From positions 930 through 64,929 of the forward strand of contig JAIOYL010000001.1 in the NCBI GenBank assembly GCA_021741195.1: a stretch of 64,000 nucleotides of DNA. Reading direction: 5' to 3'. Positions 37,315 through 45,833 of the stretch are shown one piece after another. The number at the start of each line of letters is the position of its first letter. Position 1 is the stretch's first letter. The position numbers were made by a program, and so were the translations under genes. Source of the stretch: Sneathiella sp. GTDB taxonomy: Bacteria; Pseudomonadota; Alphaproteobacteria; Sneathiellales; Sneathiellaceae. The notes beneath the pieces were generated by a model. That model made no database searches. It was not told where the DNA came from and saw only the letters and a program-made list of their open reading frames with translations.

Positions 37315-37605
37315 CTAGCCAGCGATTTTATCCATAAACCCGGCAAGCTCGATATCCTTGCCGCTCAGGCCGTTGACGTCATGGGTGGCAAGGGTGACAT
37401 CGATGCGGTTATAGATATTGAACCATTCCGGATGATGATCCATTTTCTCGGCTTTTAGGGCGACACGGGTCATAAAAGCAAAGGCCTGGCTGAAGTTCTT
37501 GAATTTGAACTCTTTTTGGATGGCATCCCGCCCGTCGGCTCTTCGCCAGTCCGGCAGGTTTTGCAGCGCATTCGCAATTTCTTGCGCACTAAGCTTATTC
37601 GCCAT
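37315..37605 (-). CDS. phhB: 4a-hydroxytetrahydrobiopterin dehydratase
   Basis: [28 protein letters not shown]. Confidence 0.93.
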   Translation of the reverse strand: MANKLSAQEIANALQNLPDWRRADGRDAIQKEFKFKNFSQAFAFMTRVALKAEKMDHHPEWFNIYNRIDVTLATHDVNGLSGKDIELAGFMDKIAG

Positions 37606-37690
37606 GGATTTCCTCCTGTCATGCGTTTATGACGTCTCTCTGACTATGTTGGCCTATTGTGACTATGTCCAGAGCAAGAGATAAGATTTC

Positions 37691-38578
37691 ATGACGAAAA
37701 TAAGTGAAGCGAGCCGCAACTGGTGGCATGAGGAAACCGAGGGCGTTGCCTTCACTCATGCGCTGGATATGAAACTGTTGCATTCCGAGCAAAGCCCATT
37801 TCAGAAAATTGAGGTGTTCGAGCATGAAATATTCGGCCGCGTTCTCACGCTTGATGATCTCGTGCAGGTCTCGCACGCCGATGAATTCATGTATCACGAG
37901 ATGGCGGTACATGTACCGCTGTTAGGGCGTAAACGTGAAAAAGCAGAGGTTCTGATCGTTGGTGGCGGTGATGGCGGCATCCTGCGCGAGGTGCTCCGCC
38001 ATGATTTCGTGACGCGTGTCGTCATGGTTGAAATCGATGAGAGGGTGATCGAGGTTTCAAAGGAATATCTGGGGATTAATGGGGATTATTCGGATCCCCG
38101 AGTTGAGCTGATGATTGGCGATGCCGCTCAATATATGCGGGAGGCGCGGGCTCGCGGCGACCTGTTCGATCTCATCATCCTCGACCTGAGCGAGCCGGTC
38201 GGACCATCTTCCAGCGTTTTCACACGGACATTCTGCGAGGATTTTTCTGGCTGCATCAAGCAGGAAGGTGTGGTCCTTGATAGTGACAGCATATTTGTCG
38301 GCAAGGACCGTGCCTATTTCCTGCAGGAGCTTTGCGGCGACAAAGACCAGAATCTCGTTTCGATCATGCAGCGGGACAGGCTTCTGCCCCATGTTGCCGG
38401 GTATCGCTCGATCGTCCAGCTCTATCCGGCGGCGGAGTTTGGGTTTTTCCTCTATAGCCATGATGGGTATGACTATTCCGAACCGGTGGTTTCATTGACC
38501 GGCCGTCACTATAATGCGGCGCTTCACAAGGCGGCTTTTGCCTTGCCGACCTGGTGGAAGGAAAATCTTGGGTTTTGA
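37691..38578 (+). CDS. speE: Polyamine aminopropyltransferase (spermidine synthase family)
   Basis: SPFQKI, DEFMYHEM, LIVGGGDGG.LREV, VEID. Confidence 0.88.
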   Translation: MTKISEASRNWWHEETEGVAFTHALDMKLLHSEQSPFQKIEVFEHEIFGRVLTLDDLVQVSHADEFMYHEMAVHVPLLGRKREKAEVLIVGGGDGGILREVLRHDFVTRVVMVEIDERVIEVSKEYLGINGDYSDPRVELMIGDAAQYMREARARGDLFDLIILDLSEPVGPSSSVFTRTFCEDFSGCIKQEGVVLDSDSIFVGKDRAYFLQELCGDKDQNLVSIMQRDRLLPHVAGYRSIVQLYPAAEFGFFLYSHDGYDYSEPVVSLTGRHYNAALHKAAFALPTWWKENLGF

Positions 38579-38592
38579 CAGATCGCTGACGA

Positions 38593-39213
38593 ATGATGGA
38601 GAGTAGGCACAAGGTGGATTTCATTGGCGGGTCCGTTGGCTATCGCCGCCGTTTTGGCGGCGGCCGTGGTCAGGCGCTGCCGAAAGCACTGGGTTTCCGA
38701 CCGGGCGTCACGCCAGATATTGTTGATGCCACAGCCGGGCTCGGCCGGGACGCGTTCCTGCTCGCCTCCCTCGGCGCCACCGTCACCCTGATCGAGCGCA
38801 ACGGAGAAATACAAACTCTTCTGGAAGAGGCGATGGTGCAGGCCGCCGCGGAAAGTCCGGAGCTTGCAGAGATTATCGCCCGCATGACCCTCCTCAAGGG
38901 CGATGCGCGGGATATATTGCCCGGTCTTCGCCCCGAAACCGTATTGATCGATCCGATGCATCCGCCGCGCGGGAAAACCGCTCTTGTTAAGAATGAAATG
39001 CGGTTGCTTCGGGAGCGTGTTGGCACCGATCCCGATTGCGCCGAGCTGATGCGTGTCGCCCTTGAGGCCACATCAAAACGGGTCGTCGTGAAATGGCCGC
39101 GACGCGCCGACCCGATTGCAGAGCTGAGGCCACCGTCCCATCAGATCATTGGAAAATCCACCCGCTACGACGTGTTTATGATGACGGCACCCGTGACAAC
39201 AGATCGAAGCTGA
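38593..39213 (+). CDS. rsmJ: 16S rRNA G1516 methyltransferase-like
   Basis: VDATAGLGRDAF.LA.LG, IDPMHP, KRVVVK.P, TRYDVF. Confidence 0.85.
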   Translation: MMESRHKVDFIGGSVGYRRRFGGGRGQALPKALGFRPGVTPDIVDATAGLGRDAFLLASLGATVTLIERNGEIQTLLEEAMVQAAAESPELAEIIARMTLLKGDARDILPGLRPETVLIDPMHPPRGKTALVKNEMRLLRERVGTDPDCAELMRVALEATSKRVVVKWPRRADPIAELRPPSHQIIGKSTRYDVFMMTAPVTTDRS

Positions 39214-39727
39214 TTTCCTCCTGGTAGATGGCGCTGGAGGACGCGAGATGGCTCGAAAACAGGGTAAAGCGCGTCACAGGGATTGTTTTCGTCTTGAATA
39301 GTGCGTGGTCCGTCAGGTAATTCCGGACCCGTTCGTAGGGTGAGTTATGCACCCTTGCCAGAGTTATATGCGGCCTGAATCGCCGGTCATCCACTGTCGC
39401 ACCGACGGATTCGATCGCTGTGACAATTTTTTTATGCAATAGGGAAATCGCGCTGATATTGCGGACACCCGCCCAGAGAATGCGCGGGCGCTTGTTGCTG
39501 CCGAATACCCCGACGCCTTCGATATCGAGGTCAAATCCCGGATGTGTTATCCGCCCGAGGGCCAGCGAGATATCCATCATCATCGGGCTTTGAACCTCGC
39601 CGATAAAGGCAAGGGTGACGTGAGAGTTTTCCGCGGCGATCCATCTCGCTTCGGGAATGCCACCGCGCAAGGCCGAAATGTTGTCCTTGATCTCTTGCGG
39701 TAAGGGGATGGCAACGAAGAGACGCAT
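39176..39727 (-). CDS. thpR: RNA 2',3'-cyclic phosphodiesterase (2H family)
   Basis: MRLFVAI, HVTLAF and PHITLAR (two HxT motifs). Confidence 0.93.
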   Translation of the reverse strand: MRLFVAIPLPQEIKDNISALRGGIPEARWIAAENSHVTLAFIGEVQSPMMMDISLALGRITHPGFDLDIEGVGVFGSNKRPRILWAGVRNISAISLLHKKIVTAIESVGATVDDRRFRPHITLARVHNSPYERVRNYLTDHALFKTKTIPVTRFTLFSSHLASSSAIYQEEISFDLLSRVPSS

Positions 39728-39767
39728 TTGAAATATCCTCTATGGATAAAGTAAGGAGGGAAACCCA

Positions 39768-40433
39768 CTATTTTTCTAAAAATGCAACAACGTAGGGCAG
39801 CATGTTGCCGACAATTACTTTCACGCCAGCCGCGTTTGGATGAATATAATCACTTTGATTAAGCTCTGGATCCGCCGCGACACCATCCAGAAAAAACGGG
39901 TAATAGCCGGTTTTGTATTTACTGGCAAGATCCGGAAAAATCTGATCGAATTCGGTCGCATAGTCGGCGCCCATGTTCGGTGGCGCGCGCATGCCGGCGA
40001 GCAGGACGGGAATTTCTTTATTCTCAAGAATTTCCAGGATTTCGTCCAGGTTCTTGCGGGTTTCTTTCGGCGGAATTCCCCGCAACGCGTCATTGGCGCC
40101 GAGTTCCAAAATGACCAAATCGGCGCCATTTCCCAAAGCCCAGTCAAGGCGCTGAAGACCGCCAGCCGTGGTGTCACCGGACACACTTGCATTTTCTATC
40201 GTCACCTTAAGTCCTTTTTCGAGCAAGGCGGCTTCGAGCTGGCTTGGAAAATCTTCACCTGTCGGCAAGCCATATCCGGCGGTCAGGCTATCGCCGATTG
40301 CGACAATGCGGATTGCCTCCTCCGCCTTCGCCGTGGCCATAACGCCACAAAAGGCAATAATAATAAGGACAAAAAGATTGATTATCGGCAGATACCCGCC
40401 ATATGCCAAAGTCAGTCCCTGTTGTTTTTGCAT
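39768..40433 (-). CDS. tesA: Arylesterase/thioesterase, SGNH hydrolase
   Basis: GDSLTAGYG, NASVSGDTT, LGAND, DYIHPN. Confidence 0.93.
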   Translation of the reverse strand: MQKQQGLTLAYGGYLPIINLFVLIIIAFCGVMATAKAEEAIRIVAIGDSLTAGYGLPTGEDFPSQLEAALLEKGLKVTIENASVSGDTTAGGLQRLDWALGNGADLVILELGANDALRGIPPKETRKNLDEILEILENKEIPVLLAGMRAPPNMGADYATEFDQIFPDLASKYKTGYYPFFLDGVAADPELNQSDYIHPNAAGVKVIVGNMLPYVVAFLEK

Positions 40434-40443
40434 TGGAATAATT

Positions 40444-41157
40444 TTGCCTCAAGAGCCGATTATCAAATTATCAGACATTCATCTTACACTTAAGTCGGAT
40501 GCCGGTCCCGTCAATATCCTGCGTGGTATAGATTTGACTGTACAGCCGGGCGAGACCGTCGGAATTGTCGGGCCTTCCGGATCGGGCAAGTCGACATTGA
40601 TGTCGATTATGGCGGGGCTGGAGGTGCCGACATCTGGCTCAGTGATGATCGCCGGGGCCGCCATCGAGAAACTTGGTGAGGATGATCTTTCCCGATTCCG
40701 GCGGGAGAACATCGGCATCGTTTTCCAATCCTTTCACCTGATCCCGACCATGACAGCGCTTGAGAATGTGGCGATACCGCTGGAACTGGCGGGGAGGCCC
40801 GATGCGTTCGCGCTTGCGGCGGAAAGGTTGGCGGCGGTTGGATTGGCGGACCGGGCAAGCCATTATCCGGCGCAGCTCTCCGGTGGAGAACAACAAAGAG
40901 TGGCGCTCGCGCGCGCAATGGCAACGGGACCGAAAATTCTGCTGGCGGACGAGCCGACCGGTAATCTTGACGGTAAAACCGGCGACGTTATCGTGGATTT
41001 GATGTTCCGGCTCCATGTTGAGCAGGGAACGACCATGGTGCTGATCACCCATGATGATGCACTCGCCCGTAAATGCAGTCATCTGATCCGGTTGGAAGAC
41101 GGCCAGGTCGTATTCGCTGAAAAGGCGCGGCAAGAAGAGGCTCTGGCCGGTGAATAG
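40444..41157 (+). CDS. ybbA: ABC transporter ATP-binding subunit (YbbA-like)
   Basis: GPSGSGKST, LSGGEQQRVALAR, ADEPTGNLD. TTG start at 40444, divergent from tesA. Confidence 0.88.
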   Translation: MPQEPIIKLSDIHLTLKSDAGPVNILRGIDLTVQPGETVGIVGPSGSGKSTLMSIMAGLEVPTSGSVMIAGAAIEKLGEDDLSRFRRENIGIVFQSFHLIPTMTALENVAIPLELAGRPDAFALAAERLAAVGLADRASHYPAQLSGGEQQRVALARAMATGPKILLADEPTGNLDGKTGDVIVDLMFRLHVEQGTTMVLITHDDALARKCSHLIRLEDGQVVFAEKARQEEALAGE

Positions 41158-43696
41158 ACAACATAACCCTGAATCCTTGGGGCTCGCCGTCAAATTTGCA
41201 AGACGCGATCTAAGGGGAAACCTCAAAGGCTTCCGGATTTTTCTGGCCTGCCTTGTCCTCGGCGTTGCCGCGATCGCCGGTGTCGGAACGCTCTCCGCTT
41301 CTATTACGGAAGGCCTCAGGGCGAATGGCCAGGTGATCCTGGGCGGCGATATCGATGTCCGTCTGACCCATCGCCCGGCGAGCGCAGAAGAACTTGGCTG
41401 GCTCGAAGAACAGGGAAAAATCTCTAAAATACAGACTTTGCGGGCCATGGTCGGCGCTTTCGACGGCGGTAAAAGGACATTGGCTGAACTTAAGGTTGTG
41501 GATGAAGTTTATCCGCTGTTCGGGCAATTGACCGTGACGGCGGCAGGCGGCACTCAAAACCCGCAAGAAATGCTGGCGAAGCGGCAGGGGGAATATGGGG
41601 CGCTGGTTGAACAGGGCCTGATCGACCGCCTGGAACTTGTCCTTGGTAGCCAGATCCGAATTGGCGAACTCAATTTTGAGGTGAGGGGCATAATTGCATC
41701 CGAACCTGACAAGGCCTCACAAGGCATGGCGCTCGGTCCAAGAACGATTATTTCCACAGACGCCCTCACGGAGACGGGCCTGGTGCAACCGGGAAGTCTC
41801 TTGCGCTATCATTACCGGATTGCGCTTCATCCGGATCAATCGATTGCAGGCTTCTATGAAAATGTAAAAACGGTCTTTCCCGGTGCCGGTTGGCGCATTC
41901 AGGATGCCACTAATGGCGCGCCCGGTATCAAGCGGTTTGTCGATCGTGTTGCGCTCTTCCTGACCCTTGTAGGATTGACGGCGCTTGTGGTCGGTGGCGT
42001 TGGTGTCGGAAATGCGGTTCGTGCTTATCTCGAAGGTAAAATTCCGACAATCGCCACCCTGAAATGCCTGGGAGCCAGCAGCCGCTTTATTTTCCGCATT
42101 CATTATTTGCAGGTTCTGTTTTTGGCGCTGGCCGGATCACTCGCCGGGCTGCTTCTGGGGGTTGGCGGAGCGATCATCGCCTCGGAATTTCTTGCCCGCA
42201 CCTTGCCGATACCGCCTGAGATCAGCCTGCAACCTGGTCCGCTTTTGCTGGCGTCGGCCTATGGCTTGTTGACTGCGACCCTGTTCACAATTTGGCCGCT
42301 CGCCCGCGCGCGCGAAACGCCAGCCGCGGCGTTGTTCCGCGATACAGTCTCGCCCCACAAATGGCCGCGCCCGGTTTACTTTGCCGCAATTCTATTCAGC
42401 TTCGCCGCGCTGGTCATGTTGGCAATTTTTACCAGTCAGGAAACCACGTTTGCGTTGATATTCGTTGCCGCCATCATCGGCATTTTCGGGGTGCTAATCC
42501 TCGTTGGCTATGGTGTGCAAGCAGCGGCGAGGACGTTGCCAAGGTTCAAGACACCGTCTTTGCGTCTGGCTATCGCGAATCTTCACCGTCCGGGCGCAGC
42601 AACAAGAAGCGTTATTCTCTCTATGGGGCTCGGCCTGACCCTGTTTGTCACGGTTGCGTTGATTGAGGGAAATCTGACGCGGCAGGTACAGGAACAGCTG
42701 CCTGAAAAAGCGCCAGCCTTTTTTTTCATTGATATCCAGCCAAATCAACTCGCGGATTTTGTGAAGACGGCAGAATTGGTTCATGGCGTCAGCGAGATCA
42801 CTCATGTGCCCAATATGCGGGGGCGTATTACCAAAGTGAAGGATGTTCCCGCAGCCGAGGTTAGCGTTGCACCGGAAGCCAAATGGGCCCTTCGCGGTGA
42901 TCGTGGCCTTACCTATGCCGCCACACCTCCGGCGGGTGCGGTTGTTGTCGAAGGAAAATGGTGGCCGGAAAATTACAGCGGTCCGCCGCTTGTCAGCATG
43001 GATCGGGATATCGCACAAGGGATGGGCCTCAAAATTGGCGATAGCTTGACCGTCAATGTCATGGGACGGGATATTGACGCAAAAATCGCCAATTTAAGGG
43101 AAATCGACTGGACAACACTTGCGATAAATTTCGTGCTGGTGTTTGATGAAAACAGTTTACGCGGCGCGCCTCATTCGCATCTCGCGACGGCACGGGCGGA
43201 GGGTGTGGCCGAGTCAGATTTGTTCCGGGCCGTTACGGATAAATTCGCCAATATCTCGGTGATCCGGATGAAAGAGGCGTTGCAGACAGTGAGCAGTATA
43301 CTGGAGCAGCTTTCCTCCGCCGTATCTGCCATCTCGTCGATTACGCTGATTGCCGGGGTCATGGTTCTGGCGGGCGCTTTCGCGGCGGGCCACAGGAAGC
43401 GGGTCTATGACGCGGTCATTCTGAAGGTGCTGGGTGCAACCCGCAGGGATATTTTCGTCACCTTTTTGCTTGAGTATGCGTTGCTAGGTCTGGTGACATC
43501 CGTGATCGCTGCTGTGGCGGGATGGCTTGCCGCCTATCTGATCATCACCGAGCTTCTGGAAGCCAAATGGATTAGTCTGCCTTTTACAATCATTGCAACC
43601 ATTTTAGCAAGTGTTGCCGTCACGCTATTATTCGGATTGTTGGGGTCGTGGCGGGCGCTAGGCGAAAAGGTTGCGCCGGTGTTGCGGTCCGATTGA
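41150..43696 (+). CDS. ybbP: Type VII (MacB/FtsX-like) ABC permease, YbbP-like
   Basis: 848 aa, LGGDI, AFFFIDIQP.Q, two FtsX-like permease halves. Confidence 0.88.
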   Translation: MNRQHNPESLGLAVKFARRDLRGNLKGFRIFLACLVLGVAAIAGVGTLSASITEGLRANGQVILGGDIDVRLTHRPASAEELGWLEEQGKISKIQTLRAMVGAFDGGKRTLAELKVVDEVYPLFGQLTVTAAGGTQNPQEMLAKRQGEYGALVEQGLIDRLELVLGSQIRIGELNFEVRGIIASEPDKASQGMALGPRTIISTDALTETGLVQPGSLLRYHYRIALHPDQSIAGFYENVKTVFPGAGWRIQDATNGAPGIKRFVDRVALFLTLVGLTALVVGGVGVGNAVRAYLEGKIPTIATLKCLGASSRFIFRIHYLQVLFLALAGSLAGLLLGVGGAIIASEFLARTLPIPPEISLQPGPLLLASAYGLLTATLFTIWPLARARETPAAALFRDTVSPHKWPRPVYFAAILFSFAALVMLAIFTSQETTFALIFVAAIIGIFGVLILVGYGVQAAARTLPRFKTPSLRLAIANLHRPGAATRSVILSMGLGLTLFVTVALIEGNLTRQVQEQLPEKAPAFFFIDIQPNQLADFVKTAELVHGVSEITHVPNMRGRITKVKDVPAAEVSVAPEAKWALRGDRGLTYAATPPAGAVVVEGKWWPENYSGPPLVSMDRDIAQGMGLKIGDSLTVNVMGRDIDAKIANLREIDWTTLAINFVLVFDENSLRGAPHSHLATARAEGVAESDLFRAVTDKFANISVIRMKEALQTVSSILEQLSSAVSAISSITLIAGVMVLAGAFAAGHRKRVYDAVILKVLGATRRDIFVTFLLEYALLGLVTSVIAAVAGWLAAYLIITELLEAKWISLPFTIIATILASVAVTLLFGLLGSWRALGEKVAPVLRSD

Positions 43697-43719
43697 GGGA
43701 ATGGGCCTTTCCGAGCCAA

Positions 43720-43760
43720 TCCTGATCGCCGGAAGAATATCGTATCCCCAGCGATCAGGA
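43720..43760. terminator. Long inverted repeat between ybbP and the EF-hand gene
   Basis: TCCTGATCGCCGG...CCAGCGATCAGGA. Pairs fully (one G-U) on the minus-strand RNA. No clear U-tract. Confidence 0.5.
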
Positions 43761-43800
43761 GTTAGATGGCTATCTGGTAACCGTCATCAGCGATGACTGA

Positions 43801-44034
43801 TTATTTCATCATTGTTACTTTTTCAAATTCTTCTACGGACAATTCACCGCTACCATCTGCATCGGCGGTAGCGAATTGTCCCTTGGTTACATCCGGCATT
43901 ACAACCAAGAGTTCTTCATAGCTGACAGTGCCGTTTCCGTCTGTGTCAACTGCCTTGAAATCCGTTGTGGCCGCCAATGCAGGTGCAGCAGCGAGAATTG
44001 AAAGGGCAGCAGCGGCAATAAGCAGTTTCTTCAT
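43801..44034 (-). CDS. Small secreted EF-hand protein (copy 1)
   Basis: Signal peptide (APALA), loops DTDGNGTVSYEE and DADGSGELSVEE, GGAGA RBS. Confidence 0.9.
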   Translation of the reverse strand: MKKLLIAAAALSILAAAPALAATTDFKAVDTDGNGTVSYEELLVVMPDVTKGQFATADADGSGELSVEEFEKVTMMK

Positions 44035-44324
44035 AAAAAGTCTCCATTTAAAAAGGGTTGAGAATCCCGAAATACGATTTTTCCGGATCTGGAAATAGTC
44101 AATACAATTTCATTTCCGGATCGCATCATCGAGATTTGAGGCGCGACTTTGGTCTTGGATTGTGGCGGAGTAATGTCCGGCATACAGCGGAAAAAAATTT
44201 GTTTCAAATTATAATTTCACCTATGAAGTGCAAAATTGCCGCGGCATGAATAACCCTCGACAGATGATGATCTGCCGGGGGCCATGTTTTGCAAGACGGT
44301 TAGCAGTCGGCAGTCAGCAAAGGA

Positions 44325-44555
44325 TTAGCTTTTTGTCGCAGTTTTATATTCTTCCATGGACAATTCACCGCTTTTATCTGTATCGGCGGCGGCGAATTTT
44401 TCCTTGCTGATGTCAGGCATCACGACGATCAACTCCTCAAAGCTGACGGATCCGCTTCCATCTTTATCAATTGTCTTGAAATCGGGCGTTGCCGCCAGTG
44501 CGGGTGCTGCTGCAAGGATAGTTACTGCGGCGGCCGAGATAAGTAATTTCTTCAT
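44325..44555 (-). CDS. Small secreted EF-hand protein (copy 2)
   Basis: Signal peptide, loops DKDGSGSVSFEE and DTDKSGELSMEE, GGAGA RBS. Confidence 0.9.
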   Translation of the reverse strand: MKKLLISAAAVTILAAAPALAATPDFKTIDKDGSGSVSFEELIVVMPDISKEKFAAADTDKSGELSMEEYKTATKS

Positions 44556-45002
44556 AATAAATCTCCGTTTATCAATTTAAGGCAGTCCGGCATCGGTTAT
44601 TCGACGCTTGTCTACCGAACAATCAAACAGCAGGTTTTGTTCAAAATCCTGTTGCTGATGTTCTAGTGGGAAGATTGACGAGGGATTAAGGCGCCATGAT
44701 GCCGTGAATTAGGCCACTTAAAGGAAATATGGAGGCAATAGCGTCCCAATTTTCAACGAAATATACCGTAAATCTGCCAATCGCCGCCCCAACCGCCGCA
44801 TTTGGATTTAATCTGCCTTATTTTTTCGCCGAGCTTTTTATCATAATCTCCGGTGACAACGCCTTTGATCAGGCGGATGGGCACAATGGCAAGGAAGGTT
44901 GCCCGATTGCGCTCAATAGATTGTTGCGGTCGATTTTCCTTGAAAAGCAGTGAGAAAAATACAATATCAAACATGAATTCAACTCCTTCAGAGGAATTAT
45001 AG

Positions 45003-45710
45003 ATGGCAACAGACTTTTCAAAGTTAAATGCAGCAAGGACCGGTACTCGTGATCAGGCGGTTCTTGATGAGGGCCTGCGCAGCTATATGCTGAAGGTCTA
45101 TAACTATATGGCATCAGGCCTCGCGCTGAGCGGTATCACGGCAGCACTGACAGCCTCTACGCCGGCTATTTATAACGCTGTTTTCGGGACACCCTTGCAA
45201 TGGGTTGTTATGCTGGCGCCGATTGGGCTGCTATTTGCAATGATGCGGACGAGCGCGAGCACAACAAAAATCCTTTACTGGATTATGGTCGCGACCTTCG
45301 GTGTTTCGATTTCCTACATCTTCCAAGTCTATACTGCGGAGAGCGTTGTCAGGGTCTTCTTTATCACGGCCGCGACCTTTGGCGCCGCCAGCCTGTACGG
45401 CTATGTGACCAAGCGGGACTTGACGGGATTGGGCAGCTTCCTGTTCATGGGGCTCGTTGGTATCATCATCGCGTCTGTTGTGAATATCTTCATGCAATCA
45501 ACGATGATGCATTTTGTGGTATCGGTTCTTGGTGTGTTGATTTTTACCGGCCTTACGGCCTTCGACAGCCAGCGGATCAAATCCCAATATTACGAGGGGC
45601 ATAGTCAGGAAGTTCTGGAAAAAGGGGCGATCATGGGCGCCGTTTCCATGTACCTCAATTTCCTCAACCTGTTCATGTTCCTGTTGAGCCTGCTCGGCAA
45701 CCGCAACTAA
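45003..45710 (+). CDS. yccA: Bax inhibitor-1/YccA family membrane protein
   Basis: DEGLRSYMLKVYNYM, YGYVTKRDL, GLTAFD.QRIK, A..MYL.FLNLF. Confidence 0.92.
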   Translation: MATDFSKLNAARTGTRDQAVLDEGLRSYMLKVYNYMASGLALSGITAALTASTPAIYNAVFGTPLQWVVMLAPIGLLFAMMRTSASTTKILYWIMVATFGVSISYIFQVYTAESVVRVFFITAATFGAASLYGYVTKRDLTGLGSFLFMGLVGIIIASVVNIFMQSTMMHFVVSVLGVLIFTGLTAFDSQRIKSQYYEGHSQEVLEKGAIMGAVSMYLNFLNLFMFLLSLLGNRN

Positions 45711-45732
45711 AGCATCTGAAAATATGCTTCTG

Positions 45733-45759
45733 AAAACCCGGCCTCGCGCCGGGTTTTTT
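45733..45759 (+). terminator. Rho-independent terminator after yccA
   Basis: AAAACCCGGC-CTCGC-GCCGGGTTTTTT. Confidence 0.85.
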
Positions 45760-45833
45760 GTTGTACGTCCCTTTGAAGCTGATAAACTTGGTTGCCTGCA
45801 AACAGCTTTTAAAGAATTAAAAAGGACAGTCCG

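Noticed and set aside
40168-40443. Long N-terminal extension of the ABC ATPase in the ORF track
   Set aside because: Overlaps tesA on the opposite strand. The true start is probably TTG at 40444.
39768-43696. tesA-ybbA-ybbP as a novel system
   Set aside because: Well-known conserved arrangement, as in E. coli. The SCO-PCuAC pair at 55243-56364 is likewise established.
44729-44953. 74-aa + strand ORF before yccA
   Set aside because: No family features, and it overlaps the likely yccA promoter and the competing minus-strand ORF.
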